Notes: a model not told the origin generated them from the letters alone. Shown: positions 53,248-63,302, counted from the first letter of the stretch. The stretch is 64,000 nucleotides of DNA from Sedimentisphaerales bacterium (GCA_963663805.2 CAXXMR010000020.1:224001-288000); one strand, 5' to 3'. Made by a program: numbers and translations.

Positions 53248-53904
53248 TTGCTGAAAAAATATCGACATGTAATCTGGGACTGGAACGGCACTCTGCTCGA
53301 TGACGCAGCGGTGTGTGTGGGGATACTCAATTCGCTTTTGGCTAAACGCGGTCTGCCGGCGGTTGACTTGGATAGTTATCAGCGGGAGTTTGGGTTTCCG
53401 GTTCAGGGGTATTATGAGAAGGTTGGTTTTGATTTTGGACGTGAATCCTATAAGGATGTCGCGGATGAATATATAACCGCTTATGACCGAGAGCGTTATG
53501 GTTGCTCGCTGCGGTGCGGGGCGGTTGAGGTTCTTGGGTGGTTGCGGAATATGGGGGTGGGCAGTTCGATACTTTCGGCGTATCATCAGAAGGGGCTTGG
53601 GGAAATTGTGGAATACTTCGGGTTGGCTGGTTGGTTTGAGCACGTTTTTGGGCTCGATGATTATTGTGCCGCGTGCAAGATTGATTTGGCGCGGGTTATG
53701 CTGGACAAAATCGAATATTCTCCCGATGATCTTCTGATAGTTGGTGATACCATTCATGATTTTGAGGTTGCTCAGGCGTTGGGGGTTGATTGTTTGCTGA
53801 CGGTCAGTGGTCATCAGTCCCGTGAGCGGCTGGAGGGGTGCGGGGTGACGGTGCTGGATTCACTGCTGGAGATACCAGATTTGCCGGAGTTGGGCGGTCT
53901 TTGA
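53248..53904 (+). CDS. HAD-family hydrolase
   Basis: WDWNGTLLD, ILSA, VGDTIHD. Confidence 0.93.
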   Translation: MLKKYRHVIWDWNGTLLDDAAVCVGILNSLLAKRGLPAVDLDSYQREFGFPVQGYYEKVGFDFGRESYKDVADEYITAYDRERYGCSLRCGAVEVLGWLRNMGVGSSILSAYHQKGLGEIVEYFGLAGWFEHVFGLDDYCAACKIDLARVMLDKIEYSPDDLLIVGDTIHDFEVAQALGVDCLLTVSGHQSRERLEGCGVTVLDSLLEIPDLPELGGL

Positions 53905-54004
53905 AATGCCGCCCGGATTCTGGCAGGCCCATCCTGAATCGAGAAACGATAAGTGTTTTACAGGTTAGGGTGTTACATCTTTATGCCCGTCTGATTTTCC
54001 AGTA

Positions 54005-54032
54005 TTGACAAGAGCCTTAAAACTTCCATAAT
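54005..54032 (+). promoter_or_regulatory. Candidate sigma70 promoter giving a long leader for the ParA-CBM48 gene
   Basis: TTGACA-N16-CATAAT. Confidence 0.45.
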
Positions 54033-54393
54033 AGACTATCTGAAGCCCTTGTGGGCAGTTTTTGTAAGTCATTGTTTTTAATGCAGTTGCAGTTGTGCTT
54101 GTTCGGTTCCAAATGACAGGTCCGGTTGATTTTAGTCTGGATAGTGGTCTAGCAGTATTGAAAGGACCGATAAATTTGCCTGAAGTCCGATAAAAGTGTA
54201 AAGTTTTGAGAGTTCTTTTGTCGAAGAACATGGTAGTCGTACGAGTGAGGGTAGGATTCATCGGCCGGCGGATGACGCCCAAGCCGAGAAGCTAGCTGGT
54301 TCACGGATGAATCAGCGGGCCGTGTTGGTTTTGAAAGCCATAATCGGTCTGGGCATCGAACATGAGTGCGATCGTTAATGGACGAGGTGAACC

Positions 54394-55617
54394 ATGCGTT
54401 GTATCGCGGTAATAAATCAAAAAGGCGGTTGCGGCAAGACTACGGTGAGCATCAATCTATCTGCCGCTCTGGCAGTTGAAGGCCACAATACTTTGCTGGT
54501 GGATATGGACCCCCAAAGTCACTGCGCGGTGGGTTTGGCGGTGCCGGAAGACCAGATTGAGCGCAGTATTTATGATGTACTCATCGCTCGTCACTCGAAT
54601 AGTAAACTTGCTCTCAAGGATGTTGTCTGGCAGATAGCTCAGGATTTTGATTTGGCTCCTTCGGGTATCGAACTGGCGGCTCTGGAACAGCAGCTTTCGG
54701 GGAAGGACCGTCGGGAAGACTGTCTTAAAGGTGTTTTGGCAGATTATGGCCAGGGCTATGATTATGTTATCGTGGACTGCCCTCCCAGTATTGGTTTACT
54801 GACATTTAACGCTTTGCGGGCGGCAGACGAGGTGGTGATACCGGTCGAAACCGGTTATTTCGCTCTGCATGGCCTTTCGCGTCAGCTTGAGACGCTGAAT
54901 GTACTCAAACAGCAGTGCAATCAGGACATAATGTTCCGGGTGATAGCCAGTATGTACGATGTTCGTACCAAGCTGGCCCGCGAGGTTCTTAGCGAACTGA
55001 AAAAGAATTATAAGGCTGAGTTGTTTGAGACGGTGGTTAATTTCAATACGAAATTGAAAGAAGCGGCCAGTTTTGGTCAGCCCATAACAGAATATGACCC
55101 TGCCAGTAAAGGTATGCGTGATTTTGCGGCTTTGGCTCAGGAAATCACGAATTCTCTGGCGGCTAGTGAAAAGGCCGTTCATCGCGAGCAGGTTGTCAGT
55201 GTTGAGGACCGTTTGCGGGCCATCAGCAAATCGGCTGACCAGTTGCTCAGCGAAGCCAAGGAAATCGGTGGGGAACAGCCCAAGGTTGTTAAACTCGAAA
55301 ATGCCCAGAAGGACTTGCAGGCTAAGATTGACAGTTTCTATGGCGTGCAGTGTAATCAGGGCAAGGTTAAATTTGCCAGCCTTTATCCCAAGGCCCAGAC
55401 GGTTCAAATTGCTGGCGATTTCAACAATTGGCAGCCCGAACAGACTCAACTGTCGCGTATCAGCGAGCAGGGGCGCTGGGAAACGGAGATGCCTCTGGAT
55501 TGCGGCACGTATCGCTATCGCTATGTAGTGGATGGCCAGTGGCATCAGGATCCGTATAACGAGCAGACCGAGGTTAATCCCTTTGGTGATTTGAATTCGT
55601 TGCTGGTTGTTCAGTAA
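54394..55617 (+). CDS. ParA/Soj-family ATPase fused to a C-terminal CBM48/AMPK-beta-like glycogen-binding domain
   Basis: NQKGGCGKTT, VDMDPQ, IVDCPP; C-terminal VQIAGDFNNW...GTYRYRYVVDGQWHQDPYN...NSLLVV. Confidence 0.92.
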   Translation: MRCIAVINQKGGCGKTTVSINLSAALAVEGHNTLLVDMDPQSHCAVGLAVPEDQIERSIYDVLIARHSNSKLALKDVVWQIAQDFDLAPSGIELAALEQQLSGKDRREDCLKGVLADYGQGYDYVIVDCPPSIGLLTFNALRAADEVVIPVETGYFALHGLSRQLETLNVLKQQCNQDIMFRVIASMYDVRTKLAREVLSELKKNYKAELFETVVNFNTKLKEAASFGQPITEYDPASKGMRDFAALAQEITNSLAASEKAVHREQVVSVEDRLRAISKSADQLLSEAKEIGGEQPKVVKLENAQKDLQAKIDSFYGVQCNQGKVKFASLYPKAQTVQIAGDFNNWQPEQTQLSRISEQGRWETEMPLDCGTYRYRYVVDGQWHQDPYNEQTEVNPFGDLNSLLVVQ

Positions 55618-55734
55618 TACGTCGGGTAAGCAGAAAACCCCCACCTTATGATGTTAGCAAGCGGGCCTGTGCAGTTCGGCTTGTGATATAACCTGGCGGG
55701 CTGTTTGCCCCCGTGCCTGAAGTAAAGGTTAGCG

Positions 55735-57309
55735 ATGAGTGTATTGCCGGACGAACCACGCTCCCGCGGAATAGAGTCTATTTCCCATCTTTTTCTTTCG
55801 CAGTTGTCCGAAGGTGACAGGCAGCGTCCTCAGCGGCGTGGGCCGGTTGTAGTCAAAGAAGATGAACAGGAAATTTCCTTAGATAACAGTTTGAAGCTGT
55901 CACATGCCCAAATGCTTTTGGCGGGCCATCTGGCTGAGCCTTTGCGGGCGATTCAGAAATATGCCCGCGGCGTTGTCGGCGATGGTTCGGGTACACTGCT
56001 TAGTCTGGCGGGCAATATGCTGCGGATGTTTGTCAAGGCTGGCGAGGGGACGGTTTGTGATACTCTGAATGAATGTCTGGAGTCCCTGCCGGGCCATTGT
56101 GAAAAAATGCTGATTTATATGGGGCGGGAATATCGGGATTCTTTAGGGGAAATGCTGGAACATTGCCGGCGGGCGGTGGTTTTTTGCGGCTGTGAGCCGG
56201 AAGACGTAATCGCGGGCTATCAGGAAATCAAGTGGCTGGTGACCGAGGTGGGGGTTCTGACCGAGATAGCTGTTTATGTAGTGCATGGGCCGGATGAGGT
56301 GCATCGGGCGGGCGAGGTTTATGACCGGCTTAATCGTACGGTAAATGAATTTTTGGATATTGATGTCGAACGTGTTGAAGATTCGCAATTGAATTATCAG
56401 CATGAGCCTTTGCGTGAAATGCTCACCATTGATAATGCCGACAGTGATGAAGTGATCGGTGGAATGGTCGGTTTTCTGGCGGGAGGCGAGTCTGAGAGAC
56501 CGGGAGGCAGTGTCACGGAACAACCAGAAGAAATTTCCGGAGAAAACCCCCCAGCCGACCATATCACCGATTTTTCCTCCTCTGAGACTGACGCGAATGT
56601 AGCTGAAATTAAACCGGTCGATGAGCCCGCAACGGGGATTGAAGGCGAAACAGAAGTAATTTCGATGCCGAACATTTTTGATGAGCTGCTGGAATACGAC
56701 CAGCCTGATGAGTGTGAGGCTTCGGGTGGGGATTGGGAAGAAGAACCGTTAGAAACGGCAACTGATAAAGAAAGGGCCGCGATGGAATTGCAGTATGAGG
56801 CTCGAGGCGAAGCTGGTGGGAAAGTAAGCGGGTCTGAGCAGGGTCTGGGAAGCGTGCCGGTGATGTGTCCGATAGAAGTAGTGCGTTTCCCCGGCTCTGA
56901 CGCTGAGCTGGCGGACCTTTTACAGTTGGCTTTGCCGGTCTGGCTGCATAGTGTGGCTTCGGCGGTGGCTTTGCCGGTGCGGATGCCGGAGATTAATGAT
57001 AAGTCTATCCGGTTTCTGCTGGACGCAGCGGGGCGGATACATATATTGGCTGGTCGGATAAGCGGCAGCAGTGAAATGGTTATGGATGCCCTGGCGGGGC
57101 GGAAGTGGCTCAAGAACAATATCAACATGATCGCTGGTCAGTGTCGTCAACTGCGAGTTGATATTTCACTTGAGCCGGGACTGGTGCTGGTGGCGCAGGA
57201 TAATGTTCAGGTACTGCGTAAGAGTCTGGACGCTTTTGAATTTCCGTGTGCGGTAATGCAGGCCCAGAAGCTGCAAACGGGTATGAATCGCTCCATGCTG
57301 ATTTTCTAA
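55735..57309 (+). CDS. Hypothetical multidomain protein, putative partner of ParA-CBM48
   Basis: 524-aa co-directional ORF; N-terminal RSRGIESISHLFLS; FlhG-like segment; long acidic linker. Confidence 0.7.
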   Translation: MSVLPDEPRSRGIESISHLFLSQLSEGDRQRPQRRGPVVVKEDEQEISLDNSLKLSHAQMLLAGHLAEPLRAIQKYARGVVGDGSGTLLSLAGNMLRMFVKAGEGTVCDTLNECLESLPGHCEKMLIYMGREYRDSLGEMLEHCRRAVVFCGCEPEDVIAGYQEIKWLVTEVGVLTEIAVYVVHGPDEVHRAGEVYDRLNRTVNEFLDIDVERVEDSQLNYQHEPLREMLTIDNADSDEVIGGMVGFLAGGESERPGGSVTEQPEEISGENPPADHITDFSSSETDANVAEIKPVDEPATGIEGETEVISMPNIFDELLEYDQPDECEASGGDWEEEPLETATDKERAAMELQYEARGEAGGKVSGSEQGLGSVPVMCPIEVVRFPGSDAELADLLQLALPVWLHSVASAVALPVRMPEINDKSIRFLLDAAGRIHILAGRISGSSEMVMDALAGRKWLKNNINMIAGQCRQLRVDISLEPGLVLVAQDNVQVLRKSLDAFEFPCAVMQAQKLQTGMNRSMLIF

Positions 57310-57324
57310 TCAGTCGGTTCGGGT

Positions 57325-58095
57325 TTATTCGCACAAATTTTCCTTGATATAGTCAAAGCTTTGTTGGAGCGAGTCGAAGGGGTCGCCGGGGCAGGTGTCC
57401 TGTTCGACGAAATACCACAGGCAGCCGGCCTTGTCAGCGGCAGCGATTATGGCAGGCCAGTCGAGATTGCCGTTGCCGATTTCGGCATAGGTGGGGGTGT
57501 TGGTTTCGATTATGCGATAGTCTTTCAGGTGCAGCAGGGGGCAGCGGTTTGTCATTTTATTTATCCACGCTACCGGATTTCCGCCGCCGTGCTGGACCCA
57601 GTAGGTGTCCGGTTCAGCCTGTAGATTTTGCGGCTCGGTGTTTTCGTAGATAATCTCCAGGATTGTCTGTCCCTCGAAGCGTTTGAATTCATGGCTGTGA
57701 TTATGATAGGTTAGAACCTGGCCGGCCTGGTGCATTTTTGCGCCGGCGGCATTGAGCTTTTTGGCAAGTTCCAGGACGTCGGCTTTGCTCTTGAAATCAA
57801 TGCCGGACGGAAATGGATAGGCTGTATATTTACAGTTGAGTTTTGCCAGATGGTCGATGACTTTTTCGGTGTTGTCAAGAATGGTGATGGAGTCTTCATG
57901 GGTGGCGGCGCACGCCAGGCCTTCGCCATCCAGCATCTTCAATAGTTCTGCCTCATCAATCGGCCCCATTCCCGAAAGCTGCACGGCTTCGTATCCTATC
58001 TCGCGAACCTGCCGCAGACTTTTGACCATATCCGCCGGCAGTTGTAAAAAGTTGCGTAATGTATATAATTGTGCTCCAACCTGACTAATCTTCAT
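57325..58095 (-). CDS. Sugar-phosphate isomerase/epimerase
   Basis: QLYTLR, YHNHSHEF, DTYWVQHGG, LHLKD, VEQD. Confidence 0.92.
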   Translation of the reverse strand: MKISQVGAQLYTLRNFLQLPADMVKSLRQVREIGYEAVQLSGMGPIDEAELLKMLDGEGLACAATHEDSITILDNTEKVIDHLAKLNCKYTAYPFPSGIDFKSKADVLELAKKLNAAGAKMHQAGQVLTYHNHSHEFKRFEGQTILEIIYENTEPQNLQAEPDTYWVQHGGGNPVAWINKMTNRCPLLHLKDYRIIETNTPTYAEIGNGNLDWPAIIAAADKAGCLWYFVEQDTCPGDPFDSLQQSFDYIKENLCE

Positions 58096-58107
58096 AATGA
58101 AATTCCT

Positions 58108-59211
58108 TTATTTCCTTTTGCCTGCTGATATAAGTTTATGAAGTTTATTTTCATACGCCTTTCCGTCCAGCGGCAGCTCAACGGTTTTATCGGTTAATGA
58201 CGAATACAGCATGGCGTTGGCCAGTTCCACCGAGTTGAGGCCTTCTGCGGCCGGTGCGATAAGTGGTTTGCCCTTGAGGATAGCGTCCGCGAAATTATCC
58301 AGTATCTCCGCATGTTGACCGCCATTGCCTTCGGTTGGTATTTCCGCCTGCCAGATGTCGGGTTTGCCCCACATATCCGTAGAATTCTTGCGAAATTCTT
58401 TCACGCTTACTTCAGTGCGGCTGAAGCTTACTTTATCGTTTTCGATGACGACCTTGCCCCGGTCCGCGGTGATTTCCAGCCGGTTCGTACCGGGCGCTTC
58501 GCCGGTTGAGGAAATGAATACCCCGCTGGCTCCGTTAGCGTATTCCAGATATGCCGTAACTTCATCCTCAACCTCGATATTATGATACTTGCCCAGGTGA
58601 CAAAATGCTCGTACCTTCGTCGGCATCCCGCAAAGCCATTGCAGCAGGTCCAACTGATGCGGGCACTGGTTCAGTAATACTCCGCCGCCTTCACCTTGCC
58701 ATGTTGCCCGCCAGGAGCCCGAACGATAATATGTTTCGGTGCGGAACCAGTTGGTAATAATCCAGTTGACCCGCTGAATTTCACCCAGCTCGCCGCGGTC
58801 GATAAGATTTTTCAATCGACGATATTTGGGATCGGTTCGCTGGTTGAACATGGCCGCGAAAATCTGGTCCCTGTTTTTATGAGCGGCGATTAACTTCTCA
58901 CAATCGGCCTTATGTACCGAAATAGGTTTTTCCACCAGCACATGCAGCCCGGCCTCCAATGCCGCGACCCCGATTTGCGTATGCGAAAAATGCGGCGTAG
59001 CGATTAATAAGGCGTCGATATTACCGGCCTTAATCATGTCTTCCAGAGTACCGAAAAACGCACTGGCATATTCATGAGCGGTTTTACGGGCATTATCGGT
59101 ATTCGCATCGCAAACGCCGGCCAGGATGAACTTGTCATTTTTAGCTATATGCTTTAGATGTTCCCGCCCCATCGAGCCAGCCCCAATTACACCCAGTTTT
59201 ACCTTATTCAT
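58108..59211 (-). CDS. Gfo/Idh/MocA oxidoreductase
   Basis: GVIGAGSMG, IATPHFSH, VEKP, GGGVLLNQCPHQLD. Confidence 0.94.
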   Translation of the reverse strand: MNKVKLGVIGAGSMGREHLKHIAKNDKFILAGVCDANTDNARKTAHEYASAFFGTLEDMIKAGNIDALLIATPHFSHTQIGVAALEAGLHVLVEKPISVHKADCEKLIAAHKNRDQIFAAMFNQRTDPKYRRLKNLIDRGELGEIQRVNWIITNWFRTETYYRSGSWRATWQGEGGGVLLNQCPHQLDLLQWLCGMPTKVRAFCHLGKYHNIEVEDEVTAYLEYANGASGVFISSTGEAPGTNRLEITADRGKVVIENDKVSFSRTEVSVKEFRKNSTDMWGKPDIWQAEIPTEGNGGQHAEILDNFADAILKGKPLIAPAAEGLNSVELANAMLYSSLTDKTVELPLDGKAYENKLHKLISAGKRK

Positions 59212-59244
59212 AAAAATCTCTTTTGGAAAATATGAAATTATTAT

Positions 59245-59931
59245 CTACCAGACCCGGTCGTGAATTACCAGTCCCTCGGTAATATATTTATAAGTTTCAA
59301 GTAACTCATCCTCATCCTGAGAACCGATTCTCAACGCCCGGACCCGGTCCCCCAGCATTGTTAGCCAGTGCTTTGGCTGTCCCAGACCGACGGTATATTC
59401 ACAGTTAAGACAAATCCCCGCCCAGGCACTTTGGAGATTGTCCACAAGTTCACGCAGCTCCAGCGGTGAGACCGCCAGTCCCGAACCTGGATTTTCCAGC
59501 GTCAGCATAACCGATTCTTTTTCCGCCTGGACCTTGAGTTGTTCCAGATAGTCGTATAGCCTGTTGAATATATCTTCATAGCAGTCTCGCAACGGCTGAC
59601 CAACCGGTTCATTCACATGAGCCGGGATGATTACCATGGCCCGATGATTATGCTCCGCTGAAAACTTAATCATTTCCTCGAAATGGGTGATAGCGTTTTT
59701 CTGGCCGGATGCCAGGTCGAAAATATCATATTGGCAACTGGTCAGGGCTGCGACCTTGACGCCATGTGCCGCCAGGCGGTCCAGATTATGCTGCTGCCGA
59801 TGTTCGTTATGCAAATCCTTGTCGTTCAGGGCCCATTCTACCGCATTAAAGCCGTCAGAAACCGCCTTTTCCAGCGGCAGAACCTCCGCGTCGCCTGCCC
59901 CCAACTTTCTGCAGCTTATACATTTTAACAT
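59245..59931 (-). CDS. Divergent sugar-phosphate isomerase/epimerase-like protein
   Basis: GFNAVE, LTLENP, SPLELRELVD; later metal ligands appear lost. Confidence 0.65.
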   Translation of the reverse strand: MLKCISCRKLGAGDAEVLPLEKAVSDGFNAVEWALNDKDLHNEHRQQHNLDRLAAHGVKVAALTSCQYDIFDLASGQKNAITHFEEMIKFSAEHNHRAMVIIPAHVNEPVGQPLRDCYEDIFNRLYDYLEQLKVQAEKESVMLTLENPGSGLAVSPLELRELVDNLQSAWAGICLNCEYTVGLGQPKHWLTMLGDRVRALRIGSQDEDELLETYKYITEGLVIHDRVW

Positions 59932-60026
59932 TACAAAAACCCGAATTTGACCTCAGCTACCATCTCACCTATAATACCCGCAATTGTAAGTAAGAACCGG
60001 CAGGGGGGCAAGAGTAAAGCCTTATT

Positions 60027-61923
60027 ATGTCTGTGATTAAAGTACTGCCCCAGCACCTTGTAAATAAAATTGCCGCCGGCGAAGTCGTCGAGCGCCCCAT
60101 GTCGGTTGTCAAGGAACTACTAGAGAACAGCCTCGATGCCGGTGCCGGTCGGGTGACTATCGACATCGAGGATGGTGGCAAGAAGCTCATTCGCATCGCT
60201 GATGACGGCCGTGGGATGACCGCTGAGGAAATTGCCCTGGCCTTTACGCCGCACGCTACCAGTAAAATCGCCAACGAAGATGACCTTGCCGCCATCCACA
60301 CTCTGGGTTTTCGCGGTGAGGCCCTGGCCAGTATCGCTTCGATAAGCCAGGTCGAGGTAATCAGTCGGCCCGCTGACCAGATCGAAGGAGCCCGACTGGT
60401 GATTCAGGGCGGTGATTTTGAACCGGTCACTCCCGCGCCAGCCTCGGTCGGAACCACGATGAGCATCCGCAACCTGTTTTACAATACTCCAGCTCGTCGC
60501 AAATTTTTGCGTACCAGCAATACCGAAATGGGCCATATCACCGAGCAGTTCATTCGTATCGCTCTGGCCTATCCACACGCTCATCTCACCCTGAACCATA
60601 ACGGTCGAACCCTGCACGACCTGCCCGCCGACCAGTCGCTGCGCCAGAGGATTGCCGACCTTTTTACCGCCGAGCTTGCTCAGGATCTTATTCCCATCCA
60701 GCGCAGTGACCACGGCGTTGAGGTTAGCGGCTTGATTGCCCCGCCTCAGCAGTCTCGCGCTGCCAAACAACTGCAATATGTTTTCCTGAACGGTCGTTTC
60801 ATTCGCGATAAATTTATCGGTCACGCTATCCGCGAAGGTTACCGCGGTATGATGGAAATCAATCGTCAGCCGGTGGTTTTCATTTTCCTCAAGCTAGACC
60901 CCGCTGAGGTAGACGTCAACGTTCATCCCACCAAGATAGAGGTTCGTTTTGTAAATTCCAACAGTGTTCATTCTCAGGTTCTCGCTGCGATTCGCGACCG
61001 TTTGCTGGGTTCGGACCTTTCCGTGCCGCTGCGTACCAAACCTGATGCCGACGACACTGCCCAGGCTGCCCCCAGCCTTGATGATAATTTGCGTGATGAT
61101 GAACAGCATCGTCAGCGAGTGCGGCAGGCCATGGTGGACTTTTTCAAGACCAACGCTCCCGGTTCCTCAGGTTCCGCACCTGCACAGCATTCGACCAGAC
61201 CTGCCGGGCAACTTCCACAGCAGAGACTGATTCCTGATACCGAGCGTTTTTGTGCTGATTCACCTGCCCCCGCTCCTCCTGAAGTTCGCCCCCTGGCCGC
61301 CGACGATGCAAACGAAAGACTGTCCCCATCGTCGCAACCGTCCGCTCGTCCGCCGGTACGATTTATCCAGATTCACAACAGCTATCTCGCCGTCGAAAGT
61401 CCTGAAGGGATGATTATTGTGGACCAGCACGCCCTCCACGAACGGGTGATTTACGAACAGCTCTACGCTCAGCATAACAGTGGACCGCTACCGTCTCAGC
61501 GGGCCTTGATACCTGAAACCATCGATGTCAGCCCGTCCCAGATGGCCGCGATGGAGGAATACCGCGAAACCCTGGAGGAACTCGGCGTTTTTGTCGAGCA
61601 GTTCGGCCCGCGTACTATCGCTATACAAGGTTTTCCCGCTTTGTTGAACAAAGCCTGCCCGCGAACATTTATTGCCGACTTACTCGATATCCTTGTCGAG
61701 CAGGCCGGGAGGGTCTCACGCGAGCAGCTTATTCACCACCTGCTCGATATGATGGCCTGCAAAGCCGCCGTCAAAGCCGGTGACCATCTTAACGATGACG
61801 AAATTCAGGCTCTGCTCGCCCAGCGTGAAAAAGTAGAGCGTGCCGGCAACTGTCCCCACGGGCCGTCCCACAACCATAAGCCTGAGCCTGGCAGAATTAG
61901 GCAAACAATTCAAACGCACCTGA
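60027..61923 (+). CDS. mutL: DNA mismatch repair endonuclease MutL, one extra base in the CPHGRP motif
   Basis: NKIAAGEVVERP, GFRGEAL, DVNVHPTK, DQHALHER, ACKAA; removing one G at 61860-61862 restores CPHGRPTTISLSLAELGKQFKRT*. Confidence 0.97.
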
Positions 61924-61970
61924 GCCTAATCAACATAAACCCCAAAGGGGCGAAAACTATCTGTGAATGC

Positions 61971-63302
61971 TTAGAAATAACTCATATTGCTGATATGAGT
62001 CGGTACTACGGTCGCTCGACAACTACACAGGGTTTCCGGGTTCAGGCTTTTGAGCTGGGGCAATTGATTCCTGCCGAGCTGAGCTTCCATGATAAGATGG
62101 GATTCGGAATATTTTTCCGAAAGAATCGTGCCGTGCGCCCGCAGAAAATTATGGATTTTGCCGTCCGCGAAACCGCAGGTCACCCGCAAATGAATATTTT
62201 TCCCGGTCAGACGGTCCAGCACCGCCTGAACTAATTCGCTGATGCTTGTGCCATTGGTCGCGGAAACGCAAAGAGCGTCCGGATGGAGGGCCTTGAGAGT
62301 GTTGAGATGACTTTGGTCGGCTACTTTATCAATTTTATTGAAGATCACGATAGTATCGTTTTTGTCAGCTTTGATATCTTTCAAAACTTTTTTAGCCGCG
62401 AGCAGTTGCAATTCCGCCTGGGGGTGAGAAACGTCCACCACATGCAAAAGTAAATCCGCGTGAATGGCTTCTTCCAGGGTTGCCTTGAAAGACGCTACCA
62501 GATGATGAGGCAGGTTTCTGATAAATCCAACGGTGTCGCTGAGCAGGACTTTCTGGTTTTGGCCGAGTTCCCAGCGAGAGGTTTTTGTGTCGAGGGTGGC
62601 GAATACCTGGTCCTTAACGAACGTCTCCGAGCCGGTCAGTAGGTTCATCAGAGTGCTTTTGCCGGCATTGGTATAGCCGACCAGAGATACTTTGTAGTGT
62701 TCGCCGCGGGCTTTTACCTGACGAATCTTGCGTTTATGGATGTCGTCCAGTTGGGTCTTGAGTAGAGAAAGGCGTTTTTGGACGAGTCGTCTATCAACTT
62801 CGAGCTGCTTTTCGCCGGGTCCGCGGGTGCCGATACCGCCTCCGCCGATGGTGTCGAGGTGGCTCCACATGCGTACCAGGCGAGGGTAGGTGTATTGCAA
62901 CTGGGCCAGTTCGACCTGGAGGCGGGCCTGATGGGTCTGAGCCCGCGAAGCGAAGATGTCCAGAATGAGTTCACTGCGGTCGAGGATTTTCAGGTGAATA
63001 ATCTTTTCCAGCTCTCGAATCTGGGCCGGGGAAAGGTCGTTATCGAAAATAACTGTTTTGGCTTCATATTGCTGGGCGCGTTGGGCAATCATCTCGGCTG
63101 CCCCGGTGCCGACGTAGCAGGCGGGGTGAATCCGCCTGCGTTTTTGAGTAAAATGGCCCACCACGCAGCCGCCGGCTGCTTCAGCCAACCCCTTTAATTC
63201 TTCCAGTGATTCCCGTGCGTCCAGGTCCGCATTGGGCAAAATGACGTTGACCAGCAGGGCGGTCTCGTCGCCGACGGTAAAGTTTTCTCTAATATTATCC
63301 AA
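61971..63302 (-). CDS. hflX: GTPase HflX
   Basis: DRSELILDIFA, RGPGEKQLE, GYTNAGKST, DTVGFI, NKID. Confidence 0.97.
   Translation of the reverse strand: MDNIRENFTVGDETALLVNVILPNADLDARESLEELKGLAEAAGGCVVGHFTQKRRRIHPACYVGTGAAEMIAQRAQQYEAKTVIFDNDLSPAQIRELEKIIHLKILDRSELILDIFASRAQTHQARLQVELAQLQYTYPRLVRMWSHLDTIGGGGIGTRGPGEKQLEVDRRLVQKRLSLLKTQLDDIHKRKIRQVKARGEHYKVSLVGYTNAGKSTLMNLLTGSETFVKDQVFATLDTKTSRWELGQNQKVLLSDTVGFIRNLPHHLVASFKATLEEAIHADLLLHVVDVSHPQAELQLLAAKKVLKDIKADKNDTIVIFNKIDKVADQSHLNTLKALHPDALCVSATNGTSISELVQAVLDRLTGKNIHLRVTCGFADGKIHNFLRAHGTILSEKYSESHLIMEAQLGRNQLPQLKSLNPETLCSCRATVVPTHISNMSYF

Noticed and set aside
62005..62035. Possible frameshift at the hflX 3' end
   Set aside because: An alternative ending is possible but the tail is too variable to decide.
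61924..62234. C-terminal extension of MutL overlapping hflX
   Set aside because: Read-through caused by the extra base at 61860-61862.
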